64,000 bases of DNA from Ruminococcus sp. (GCA_013911065.1 JACERV010000012.1:21123-85122); one strand, 5' to 3'. Shown: positions 21,857 to 30,185, numbered from the stretch's first letter. Translations and numbers: made by a program. Notes: generated by a model from the letters alone, not told the origin.

Positions 21857-22431
21857 TGATGTTTCTCCTCTCTCTCTTCACGTGATAACTCATTTGGGGA
21901 AAGTCTTTCTATTGCTTCCTCCATGCTCATGACAGGGATATTCATGTCTCTTGCCTCGAGTTCTTTCTGCAATATCTGCATAAACACTCCCGGTTCCTCT
22001 TTCATCCTAAGGTTTTTCTGGATATCTGCAATTCTATCCTTATCTGTACCAATTTCTCCGCCCCAGTTTCCTGTACATGTCAGCCTGTAGCCGCAGCTTG
22101 GACTTCCTTCAACCGAAACAATCCCAAGAACTTTAAATTCTTCGGGATATGTCTGATATTCCTCTAACTGCAGCAGAAGCGGTTCCAGCATTTTCCCGCA
22201 TTCTTTTCTAAAATGCGGATGCGCAAACTGCTCTTTTACATGCCCCCATCTCCTGGAGCCGTACAAAATAAATTCCGGACAGGGAAGCTGAAGAAGCTGA
22301 ACCTCCTGTTCAATGGCAAGATGCAGCAGTTTATACCTTAATCTGTATTCCTCCGCAAGCAAACTTTCATCCTGCGCAACCTTAGAAGCTGTATTTAGAA
22401 TACAGTGCGATACAACTAAAAGAGTCTTCAT
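21853..22431 (-). CDS. TudS/DUF523-like putative [4Fe-4S] desulfidase-family protein
   Basis: Three-Cys signature in DUF523 order: VVSHCILN, LPCPEF and GSPSCG. Start set at the ATG at 22431 (MKTLLVV), which follows AAAGGAAG. Confidence 0.55.
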   Translation of the reverse strand: MKTLLVVSHCILNTASKVAQDESLLAEEYRLRYKLLHLAIEQEVQLLQLPCPEFILYGSRRWGHVKEQFAHPHFRKECGKMLEPLLLQLEEYQTYPEEFKVLGIVSVEGSPSCGYRLTCTGNWGGEIGTDKDRIADIQKNLRMKEEPGVFMQILQKELEARDMNIPVMSMEEAIERLSPNELSREEREEKHQ

Positions 22432-22462
22432 AAGTTCTTCCTTTCCTGTCAATCTCCTGCAC

Positions 22463-22471
22463 ATTATAACA
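22463..22471 (-). promoter_or_regulatory. Extended -10 (TGTTATAAT on the minus strand), putative promoter of the TudS-like/ECF operon
   Basis: Plus strand attataaca. It lies about 30 nt upstream of the ATG at 22431 and downstream of the terminator at 22573-22602. Confidence 0.5.
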
Positions 22472-22572
22472 TTCGGGGTAATAGAAACTCCAATCGTATT
22501 TTTCAATAACTACATTGCATTTATAGATTATATCTATCACAATAAAGTACGAGGTAATACCCGTAATAACTT

Positions 22573-22602
22573 AAAAAAGGCCAAAACCAGCTTTCTGGTT
22601 TT
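22573..22602 (-). terminator. Rho-independent terminator after the GT4-PHP unit
   Basis: Minus strand reads AAAACCAG-AAAG-CTGGTTTT, then GGCCTTTTTT. Confidence 0.75.
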
Positions 22603-22632
22603 CACCTTTTCATCATATGACAATTATTCATA

Positions 22633-22691
22633 CTTATTAAATTGCTAATATTCAATAAGATATGCGTATTGAACTACTAACGTTCAATACG
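22633..22691. repeat. Two adjacent copies of the 10-7-10 palindrome (TTATTGAAC-N7-GTTCAATAA family)
   Basis: 22665-22691 is cgtattgaac-tactaac-gttcaatacg (perfect). 22633-22659 is cttattaaat-tgctaat-attcaataag (9/10). Confidence 0.8.
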
Positions 22692-22694
22692 ATA

Positions 22695-23339
22695 TTACAT
22701 CGCTGCAGCATGCTCGCGCATATTCCAGACATAATATTTCCCGTGTTCGTAATAGGCCGGCATGCAGCCTCCTTTTTTAAATACTGCAATGAATTCTTCT
22801 AACGTCTTTACCTCTTCCGGAAAATAAGTTGCATAAACGCCTACTTTTTCAAGAACATGACAATCGCTTGCTCCTACCGTTACGAGTCCAAACCGGTTTG
22901 CATAATCCGCCGCTTTTTGATTTGCCTCCATATCAGTACTGCCGTTTAGTACTTCCACTCCGTCAAGACCTCTCATCTCGCTGAGTTTCTCCCCCAGTCC
23001 ACGATTATTATTCCTGAATGGATGGGCACTGAAACAAATACCGCCCTGCTTCTTTACATAGGAAATGAAGTCCTGAGCATCAATCCGTTCTTTCGGATAT
23101 TCCTCAATTCCAAAGGCTACTATATCTCCCTGGAGTGAAAAATATTCTATTCCGACGAAAATAGGAAAACCCGTCTTTTCTGAATACTGTGCAGCATATT
23201 CCTTAAGTCCCATACTATCATGGTCCGTAATACAGATGCCCTGCAGTCCTCTGGCTTTTGCTATATCTACAATCTCTTTAAGAGCAAGAAAACTGTCTTT
23301 TGAATACGTCATCTCATGCATGTGAAGATCTATAAACAT
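22695..23339 (-). CDS. PHP-domain metal-dependent phosphoesterase
   Basis: The N-terminal DLHMHE and ITDHDS motifs are typical of the PHP family. Start set at the ATG at 23339, which follows GGAGGAG. Confidence 0.8.
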   Translation of the reverse strand: MFIDLHMHEMTYSKDSFLALKEIVDIAKARGLQGICITDHDSMGLKEYAAQYSEKTGFPIFVGIEYFSLQGDIVAFGIEEYPKERIDAQDFISYVKKQGGICFSAHPFRNNNRGLGEKLSEMRGLDGVEVLNGSTDMEANQKAADYANRFGLVTVGASDCHVLEKVGVYATYFPEEVKTLEEFIAVFKKGGCMPAYYEHGKYYVWNMREHAAAM

Positions 23340-23437
23340 TTGAACTCCTCCTACCATTTATGCATAAATCGTATCATCATTCAACTTTCATTTCTAATTG
23401 ATTTTTTTGATAAACATGCTCCACTTATAGTTCTTAT

Positions 23438-24643
23438 CTATAAATCGCGGAGTTTTTCCCAAATACATTGGCTTACCGATTCCCACGAGAGATGATTCAA
23501 CCTGACTTCGGCTGTCTCCTGATTCACTGCTTTCATAACAGATGCTGCCAGACGTTGTTCAAATCCAGAAAGCTCCTCTGCAGGCACATCATCTGCATTT
23601 TCCATTCTGGGCGGCTCCACAAATGAAATGCCATTTCCCGGAACATGATGGTTCAGCCATGGGCGGATTCCCGGCAGATCTGTCGACACGACTTTCAGAC
23701 CGCATGCCAGAGCCTCTACCAAAACAAGGGGCAATCCTTCATAAAAAGATGGCAGTACAAAAACATCACTCCTCCTAAACTCAGCCGCCAACTCCTCCTG
23801 GGGCAGTTTCCCCAGTATGCGTACCGGATATTTGCACAGCGTTGCGAGACGGCAGATTTCTTCGTATTCCCTCTGATTCCCATATCCCCCTGCCAGCTTA
23901 AGCACCAGCCCTGATTCCCCATAGTCTAAATGTTCAAGGCTTCTGATCAGACTCATGACGCCCTTTTTTTCCGCCAGCTTTCCTGCAAAAATAAGTTCCG
24001 TCCTGCCTTCTTTTTTCTGCTGTTCCTTACTTTCCTCCTTATAAAATATCTGATCATTATATCCAACTCCAACCACGTGGATATTTTTGGAGCAACAGTC
24101 ATAAACCCTCTTTATTTTCTCTTTCAATTCCTCTTGAAGGGCAAATACCATATCCAGCTTCTGTATTTGTCTTCTTATATAGTCCCGCCTAAGATCCGTT
24201 TTTAACATTTGCCTTAAATCAGTTCCATGACAGATACCCGCCACTTTGTGGTTCGGAAAGGCCTCCCTGATCCAGGCTGTCAATAGATAAAGATGGTGGC
24301 ATAAAATAACATCCGGCTCAAATTCTTTCACAGCTTTGCTTATCTGTCTCATGGCTGTGATCCGAAACTTTTCAACCATATCTTCTGTCATTTCTCTATA
24401 AACAGTACTTTCATATGGCATCTCATCTGACATACCGGGAATCGCAAAGGTCAGCTCATCTGTGCAGTAATAAACCGGATAAACCTGAACACATTTCGGT
24501 AATCCTATCGAATCCTCTTTATACACGCCTGCTGATACAGCCTGCATACTTCCAAGCTTATCAAATCCTCTGACCAGTTCAGTCAAATAAATACCGCTTC
24601 CCGTGCTGTCAGGCTTCTGCGCGGATACGCTCAAAATCTTCAT
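23438..24643 (-). CDS. GT4-family (GT-B fold) glycosyltransferase
   Basis: C-terminal EX7E-type region (VLPSFYEGLPLVLVEALACG) and an N-terminal Gly-rich loop (DSTGSGIYLTEL). Confidence 0.85.
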   Translation of the reverse strand: MKILSVSAQKPDSTGSGIYLTELVRGFDKLGSMQAVSAGVYKEDSIGLPKCVQVYPVYYCTDELTFAIPGMSDEMPYESTVYREMTEDMVEKFRITAMRQISKAVKEFEPDVILCHHLYLLTAWIREAFPNHKVAGICHGTDLRQMLKTDLRRDYIRRQIQKLDMVFALQEELKEKIKRVYDCCSKNIHVVGVGYNDQIFYKEESKEQQKKEGRTELIFAGKLAEKKGVMSLIRSLEHLDYGESGLVLKLAGGYGNQREYEEICRLATLCKYPVRILGKLPQEELAAEFRRSDVFVLPSFYEGLPLVLVEALACGLKVVSTDLPGIRPWLNHHVPGNGISFVEPPRMENADDVPAEELSGFEQRLAASVMKAVNQETAEVRLNHLSWESVSQCIWEKLRDL

Positions 24644-24923
24644 CTCTTGTCTCCTGTTTTTTATCCTAATACTGATTTTCTAATAAGGTTACTCTGAAGA
24701 ACAAAGAGTCTGCGAAGCAAACTCCTGCGCCTGGGTTGGCCGCATAGCCACATATACTGCTTATACTGCAGTGCACATCCCCGGTGGGTTTTTTGTGTAA
24801 TAGGACGTAATTTCCTATTACACAAGAAACATCAGGGAATAACCGCCCGTGAAGACGCATATTCCCTGATGTGTTTGGTTTTGTATAAAAATACACAGGC
24901 CGCAGAACCCTAACGTCCACTGC
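24644..24923 (-). promoter_or_regulatory. Structured 280-nt intergenic region/leader upstream of the GT4 gene (class unknown)
   Basis: Minus strand has a 13-bp hairpin ACATCAGGGAATA...TATTCCCTGATGT and a 12-bp hairpin TGTGTAATAGGA-AATTACG-TCCTATTACACA. Possible long-range pairing joins GGGTT..GGCC with GGCCAACCC. The 84-aa ORF here looks non-coding. Confidence 0.35.
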
Positions 24924-25457
24924 TTATGCTAAAAATCTTCCTCTGAATTTTCCCCAAATATGCTGCTGCATATACTCATATGCCTTGTCATAAATCCACA
25001 GACCCACCTGTCCCGCACCAATGGCACCAACCAGCCATAAAAGAGGCAGGCTTCTGCCGAATAGAAGCTGCTGGAAAAAAAGGAGCATGGGGAGATATAA
25101 CAGATTAAATATCAAATATTTCACACCCCAAAGCAAGACCCTTCTGTTGATTTTCTCTTGAGTCCTGCCAAGCAGATTCCAGGCAAACTCTATGGCAAGA
25201 ATATAAAAGCCCATGGCTGCAAAGGAAATCACATACAGTTTATTCGGTGCCAGCAGAAATCCCAGCAGCACAGCCGCAAGGTAAAATGCCAGCCCCATCC
25301 TCATTCCCATCTCACGGATGACAATTCCTACAAAGTAGGATGCTGCTGCCAGCAGAAATAACGTATTTGTCTCTATCACACTGCCCAGCGCCATACATAC
25401 GATGGTCAATGCAAGAAGTAAACCCCCGAAAGCCACTTTTTTTGCTTTTACATGCAT
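24924..25457 (-). CDS. Hypothetical polytopic membrane protein (about 177 aa)
   Basis: About 5-6 hydrophobic helices. The start at 25457 overlaps the stop of the upstream J-protein gene (ATGCATGTAA). Confidence 0.6.
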   Translation of the reverse strand: MHVKAKKVAFGGLLLALTIVCMALGSVIETNTLFLLAAASYFVGIVIREMGMRMGLAFYLAAVLLGFLLAPNKLYVISFAAMGFYILAIEFAWNLLGRTQEKINRRVLLWGVKYLIFNLLYLPMLLFFQQLLFGRSLPLLWLVGAIGAGQVGLWIYDKAYEYMQQHIWGKFRGRFLA

Positions 25458-26113
25458 GAACAAAGGTCTCCTCCCATACATTCACATAAAGTATCCGCAC
25501 ACCATAAATCACAGCACAGATTTCCAGTACCGCAGGAAGAATTCCCCGCGCCGTATCCGCCGCCGTATGGGTTACTCTGATATCTCCGGCTGTTCCAATC
25601 AAGCTGGCTCAGAAGCTGGCGGTATTGTGGATTATTGGGTTCCATATTTACCGCCTGGCCGGCATGCTCCCTGGCAAGTACATTATTGCCCATGCCTGCA
25701 TTTGCAGCAGCACTTAAATAATACCATTGGGATGAACGGTTTGGCATCCGGTTCAATAAATTAAGCGCATCCTGATAACGCCTGGAATTAATAAAGTTAT
25801 AAGCAGCCTGTATCTCCACATCCTGGTCTCCGCTATAAGAACTGCCGCTCTGCTGAGAACTTCCTGAACCATAGCCGCTGTAGCTGTATCCGCCGGAACC
25901 GTACCCGGTATAACCGCCCTGCTCTCTTTCTTTCATAATTATATCATAAGCTTCCTGAATCTCTTTAAACTTCTCTTCTGCCAGATCAGCCAGTGGATTG
26001 TTTACATTCGCATCCGGGTGATATTTTCTTGTCTGGTCTCTGTACGCCTTTTTTATCTCGTCGTCCGATGCATTCGAAGATACCCCTAATACATCATATG
26101 GGTTTTTCGTCAT
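25448..26113 (-). CDS. J-domain protein with a Gly/Ser/Tyr-rich linker, a TPR-like segment and a C-terminal Cys-rich tail
   Basis: NPYDVLGV...[18 protein letters not shown] (HPD motif). C-terminus is [28 protein letters not shown]. The start at 26113 overlaps the 3' end of the upstream gene by 20 nt. Confidence 0.85.
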   Translation of the reverse strand: MTKNPYDVLGVSSNASDDEIKKAYRDQTRKYHPDANVNNPLADLAEEKFKEIQEAYDIIMKEREQGGYTGYGSGGYSYSGYGSGSSQQSGSSYSGDQDVEIQAAYNFINSRRYQDALNLLNRMPNRSSQWYYLSAAANAGMGNNVLAREHAGQAVNMEPNNPQYRQLLSQLDWNSRRYQSNPYGGGYGAGNSSCGTGNLCCDLWCADTLCECMGGDLCSCM

Positions 26114-26951
26114 GATTTTCTTCCTCGTCTTTCTTCTTTTGTTCCTGTATCTTCCGATATCGGGTCCATACTCCATCATATAATATATTTCTGAGAATGT
26201 CCACATCTAAAAGACAAGGAAGCCCCTCAAACTGAGCACTGCATTCTGCAATCATCATACAAAGCATATCTCCGCAGCGCTCCTCATAATCCTTATTTCT
26301 GCTTAACTCCTTCAAAGCGTTATAGCTGCCCGCCTTTAAATCCTTTTCCAAATCCTCATAGGCATCCATGATGTAAATAAACTTCCCCAAAAAGAACGCC
26401 ATCTTCCTGAGACGCTTTTCCCACATGTCTTCCCGGTATACAAACAGCTCCGCCATCAGTCTCCCAAAGCAGCCTGCGGTCTGGTCTATATCCGTACTTC
26501 CAGCCTTTTCGCAGGCAGCAAGTTCTCTCAATTCCTTCTGAATCACATTACTTTGCCGGGGATAAGCACGAATGATTTTCTCTGCTTTCCCTTTCAGGGC
26601 ATACCTTCCGGCAAGACCGCTTATCTTTTTTTCATCCTCCCAGTCATCCTTCATATGATAATAGGCAAGAAGGACATTCATATCTGCCGCATACTCTGTA
26701 ATTTCATTCTGCAGCATATTTTGTTTCTTCACCGGATGCGCCTTGCAGCGGTGGGCTAAGGTCCTCGTTTCACTTTCATACAGGGAAGTCAGCAGAATGA
26801 CCGCAAACGTCATATCATACGTCAGTGTCATCTGCCCCAGACTTTTGTGGCGCTCTTTTAAGGTTCTGCATAGTCCGCAGTAATATGCCTTATATTTTCT
26901 CAAATCCTTCACTTTAAGCTCAGGTTCACAAATCATAACATAGCCAAACAT
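26094..26951 (-). CDS. DUF5685-family protein
   Basis: The N-terminus MFGYV...[16 protein letters not shown] is what I recognise as DUF5685. Start set at the ATG at 26951. Confidence 0.65.
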   Translation of the reverse strand: MFGYVMICEPELKVKDLRKYKAYYCGLCRTLKERHKSLGQMTLTYDMTFAVILLTSLYESETRTLAHRCKAHPVKKQNMLQNEITEYAADMNVLLAYYHMKDDWEDEKKISGLAGRYALKGKAEKIIRAYPRQSNVIQKELRELAACEKAGSTDIDQTAGCFGRLMAELFVYREDMWEKRLRKMAFFLGKFIYIMDAYEDLEKDLKAGSYNALKELSRNKDYEERCGDMLCMMIAECSAQFEGLPCLLDVDILRNILYDGVWTRYRKIQEQKKKDEEENHDEKPI

Positions 26952-26995
26952 AAATTTCTTCTGTATCCGGGATACATTTCTCCTTTTCACTCTAT

Positions 26996-27045
26996 CTTAT
27001 TGAACATTAGTCGTTCAATAAGCCTGCATTCATGTTATTATAACA
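26996..27045 (-). promoter_or_regulatory. Extended -10 promoter (TGTTATAAT, 27045-27037) followed by a perfect 10-7-10 palindrome (26996-27022) upstream of the DUF5685 operon
   Basis: Plus strand cttattgaac-attagtc-gttcaataag. The -10 lies 14 nt upstream on the minus strand. Confidence 0.6.
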
Positions 27046-27091
27046 CCAATCATATACGTTGAAAAGAAATTTTGGCAATGCAGCCGGAACG

Positions 27092-27700
27092 TCAGCTGAT
27101 TTTCTTCTTCACGAGACGAATCACCAGAAATAACACCCCTATGAAGAGCGCTGCTTTGATAAAGGCTGAATATCTTGCTATGTATACCAGTACGACTTCC
27201 CATGATGCCCCCAGTATTGCTCCCAGGGACACAAGCAGTATATTCCATACCGTACTCCCGATAATCGTATAAGTCAGAAATACAGGCATATTGATTTCCG
27301 CCATTCCCGCGGGGACAGACACAAGACTGCGGATAATCGGAATACACCGTCCAAACAGAATTGCCTTCTTTCCATGCTTATCAAACCACCCGATTGTCTT
27401 CTCCATATCTGCCTTTTCAAATCCCAGCATCCGAAAGGCTTTTCCCTTTGTCAGCTTATCCAGCCTCTCCGGATTGAGGGCAGTTCCTATCCAGTACAAT
27501 ACCAACGCCCCGATGGTGGATCCAAGGGTTGAAAATATTATAACCCCTGGCACTGTCAGCCGCGTATAAGTTGTCATAAAACCTCCGAAAGTCAAAATTA
27601 CCTCCGAAGGAATCGGAGGTAAAATATTTTCTACCGCAATCAGAAAACAGACTCCCAGATATCCAAACTGGTCCATGATCCGAATTATAAATTCCTGCAT
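27092..27700 (-). CDS. DedA-family membrane protein
   Basis: VENILPPIPSEVIL motif and the DedA-type topology. Confidence 0.85.
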   Translation of the reverse strand: MQEFIIRIMDQFGYLGVCFLIAVENILPPIPSEVILTFGGFMTTYTRLTVPGVIIFSTLGSTIGALVLYWIGTALNPERLDKLTKGKAFRMLGFEKADMEKTIGWFDKHGKKAILFGRCIPIIRSLVSVPAGMAEINMPVFLTYTIIGSTVWNILLVSLGAILGASWEVVLVYIARYSAFIKAALFIGVLFLVIRLVKKKIS

Positions 27701-27758
27701 ATACTCATCCTTATTTCATGATATATCTGTTACATAAGTATATGAGGAGTTTAGAAAA

Positions 27759-28220
27759 TCATTCCTTCACAGATACCGCCTGCCTCTGTTTTCTTTTTGG
27801 AGGATGAACCCTGATAGAAAGCAGTTCTTTCACTTCACCGCATATTTGAGGAGTAGTCACATCTATCATCAGCCATCTGGAGCCGTTGAATACAGAGGTG
27901 TTTTTGTACAGCTCCTGCAGATAATCACTAAATGAACTCAGTATGAACTCTGCCTCCGGGGCCTCTTTCCTTCCAATTGATACCAGGCATGTAAAATATT
28001 CCTTGTTTGGATACAAGGTACACAATGCCCTGCTGCTCTTTTTATACTTCACATTCCATCCGGGCGCCCCCGAACATGTGCTGTATTCAATACTGGGGAA
28101 AACCATATATGTATCTTCAATGAACTTACACAGTTCATCCCATACCTGGCTTTCCACATAACTGCTGATTTCTTCAAATTCCGGCTTATTTTCTTTTGTG
28201 TAGGCATCAATCCATTTCAT
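27759..28220 (-). CDS. DUF3788-family protein
   Basis: Pattern ...GAPGWNVKYKKSSRALCTLYP...F.CLV. Start set at the ATG at 28220. Confidence 0.6.
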   Translation of the reverse strand: MKWIDAYTKENKPEFEEISSYVESQVWDELCKFIEDTYMVFPSIEYSTCSGAPGWNVKYKKSSRALCTLYPNKEYFTCLVSIGRKEAPEAEFILSSFSDYLQELYKNTSVFNGSRWLMIDVTTPQICGEVKELLSIRVHPPKRKQRQAVSVKE

Positions 28221-28357
28221 TAGAAGAGTCCCCCTTTTCGGCGCATAAAGTCCATCCTGTACCATTCCTTATTCCGTTCACCACAAGCTTCTAAGCCAAG
28301 CATAGTAGAAGAGAATCCCTCTGTCAACACCTATTATTTAAATGCCATACCTCTGCA

Positions 28358-29599
28358 TTAAACATCTGCCGAAAAGTCCCTGACCAGCCAATCACTTTTT
28401 TCAATTAAGTCCTCTATTCTGTCAAATCCGGACTCTTCCAGAAGCTTCATCACATAAGGATTTTCAAGAGGTGTAGCAAATGCCGCATTATCTCCGTATT
28501 CATCGACGTACCTGCGTCCTTCTTCCCGGTTCAGAATTGCTTTAGGACCGCCTACACATCCGCCGGGGCACCCCATTCCTTCAAAAAAGTTCGCCTCAGT
28601 TTCTTTATTTTGTATACGTTTTATCATCTCACGGCAGGCAGGAATTCCGTCTGCCTGTTCTGCCTGAACTTTTATTTTTCTGTCCGGGCGCAATTGTAAT
28701 GTAGTTTCCCTCACCGCTTCACTTACTCCTCCGGTACGCGCATAAATCCGCCCTGCACGGGAGGAGTGTTCCTTTTCATTATCCGCCATCTCCGCGGGAT
28801 TGATATCGGCCGCCTCAAAAATGTCCCGTATTTCCTGAAATGTAAGCACATAATCCACCGCACCTGCAATATCCGGCTCCCTTGCCTCACTTTTCTTTGC
28901 CAGACAGGGACCTGCAAATACTGTAACTGCATCTGGGTGCAGCAGTTTTACCATGCGGCCGCAGGCAATCATGGGTGACACTGCTCCCGGGACATGGGGC
29001 ATCAGTTCATGATATATCTTGCGTATCATGGCAATCCAAATCGGACAGCAGCAGCTGGTAAGCTGATAATCTCCAACTTCCAAAACATGTTTATCAAACT
29101 CCAAAGCTTCCTTTAAGGTCAGAACATCCGCCATCAACGCAACTTCCACCATTCCGGTAAAGCCCAGAGCCTGGAATGCAGTGCGCAGTTTCCCCGGCGT
29201 AACATCCTTTGTAAACTGTCCGAGAAATGCAGGGGCAACCAGCATATATACAGGCCCCTCAGCCTCCCTTACGGCCTTCATCGCAGGAAGAACATCTTTT
29301 CCTGCCGTAATCTTTTCTGACTGGCAGGCTTCTATACAAGCCTCACATCCTGTACACAAATCAGGATTAATCCGTAACTTTCCGTCTTCTCCCACCTCAA
29401 TTGCATCAAAAATGCAACTATTTTGACAGGCCCGCTCATATTCACATTTTTCACAGGATTCATTAAAGACAACAGGTGCATGATTATGCGGATTCAGCAG
29501 ACAATCTAAATGATAGGGCTGGTATCCCGGAGGCAAAGGGTCATTCAAAGATATTTTATGATTCAAAACTTCCCGGTAAAGCTGCTCAAATGTCTTCAT
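28358..29599 (-). CDS. [FeFe]-hydrogenase, short form with two ferredoxin-like [4Fe-4S] motifs
   Basis: H-cluster motifs L1 TSCCCPIW, L2 GPCLAKKSE and L3 EGMGCPGGCVGGP. N-terminal CTGCEACIEAC and CEKCEYERACQNSC. Confidence 0.85.
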   Translation of the reverse strand: MKTFEQLYREVLNHKISLNDPLPPGYQPYHLDCLLNPHNHAPVVFNESCEKCEYERACQNSCIFDAIEVGEDGKLRINPDLCTGCEACIEACQSEKITAGKDVLPAMKAVREAEGPVYMLVAPAFLGQFTKDVTPGKLRTAFQALGFTGMVEVALMADVLTLKEALEFDKHVLEVGDYQLTSCCCPIWIAMIRKIYHELMPHVPGAVSPMIACGRMVKLLHPDAVTVFAGPCLAKKSEAREPDIAGAVDYVLTFQEIRDIFEAADINPAEMADNEKEHSSRAGRIYARTGGVSEAVRETTLQLRPDRKIKVQAEQADGIPACREMIKRIQNKETEANFFEGMGCPGGCVGGPKAILNREEGRRYVDEYGDNAAFATPLENPYVMKLLEESGFDRIEDLIEKSDWLVRDFSADV

Positions 29600-29708
29600 C
29601 TATTATTCCTCCATTTTTCATTAACATTGTTACAGTTCCGTCATGCAAGTGTAACTCAATACTAAAAATATTATAGACGGAATATTGCTTTTTATTACAG
29701 TATTGACA

Positions 29709-30185
29709 TTACTGCCGGATATATTTTTCCATAACATAATTTTTCAGCAGAATGCCTGACCGTTCCACCTGCTGCTCCTTCAGTACTCTGTAACCCTTGT
29801 TTTCAAAAAACCCCTTTGCCGTTATAGAAGCATGAACCGTGACCTGATGCCCCGCCGCATGTTTCTCAAGCTCATTACAGATGGCGGAAGCAATGCCCTG
29901 TCCCTGGTAATCCTTATGAACAAACAGTCTGTCCAGATAATGAGTTTTATCAATATCACCAAAGCCCACAATCGCGTCATGTTTCAACGCAACAATGCTG
30001 TAATGCTTTAAAAATGAACGGTTCCATTTATCAAAATCTATCTTTCCATCTGCCCACACATTCACCTGACTAAGGCTGTAATCCCGGATATTTATGAAAT
30101 GGACAGTATTATAAAACAAGTCTGCAATTTCATTCAAATCTTCTTCGCTGTATTTCCTTAAAAATAGCGTGCTATCCTTTTTCAC
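29709..30185 (-). CDS. GNAT-family N-acetyltransferase
   Basis: The RLFVHKDYQGQGIASAI acetyl-CoA binding motif (Q/RxxGxG/A). Confidence 0.85.
   Translation of the reverse strand: MKKDSTLFLRKYSEEDLNEIADLFYNTVHFINIRDYSLSQVNVWADGKIDFDKWNRSFLKHYSIVALKHDAIVGFGDIDKTHYLDRLFVHKDYQGQGIASAICNELEKHAAGHQVTVHASITAKGFFENKGYRVLKEQQVERSGILLKNYVMEKYIRQ

Noticed and set aside
22432-22694. TPP or other vitamin riboswitch ahead of the ECF operon (by analogy with ykoEDC)
   Set aside because: No CTGAGA or ACCTGATCTGGATAATGCCAGCG-type blocks. The region is explained by a terminator, two palindromes and a short-leader promoter.
24666-24920. 84-aa minus-strand ORF in the GT4 upstream gap
   Set aside because: It has no RBS and its composition is unlike a real protein. 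It is entirely made of the hairpin arms described above, so a structured RNA or leader explains it better.
24644-24923. Possible ykkC/guanidine-I or ZTP (pfl) riboswitch, based on TAGGGTTCTG, CACGGGCGG and ACCCACCGGGGA strings
   Set aside because: The other conserved blocks are missing (GGUCCGAGAG and AAAAGCCCGGGAGA for ykkC). For ZTP, the CGCCTGGG-like string lies on the opposite strand from the ACCACCGGGGA-like string.
26953-26994. Longer GTG start (26990) for the DUF5685 gene, and a 14-codon out-of-frame uORF ([14 protein letters not shown]) after AAAGGAG
   Set aside because: The family N-terminus is MFGYV, so the ATG at 26951 is preferred. The uORF ATG lies only 2-3 nt from the GGAG, which is too close for initiation.
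27030-27347. 105-aa minus-strand ORF overlapping the 3' end of dedA
   Set aside because: It is out of frame within the confidently called DedA gene and extends into the promoter/palindrome region. It has no RBS.
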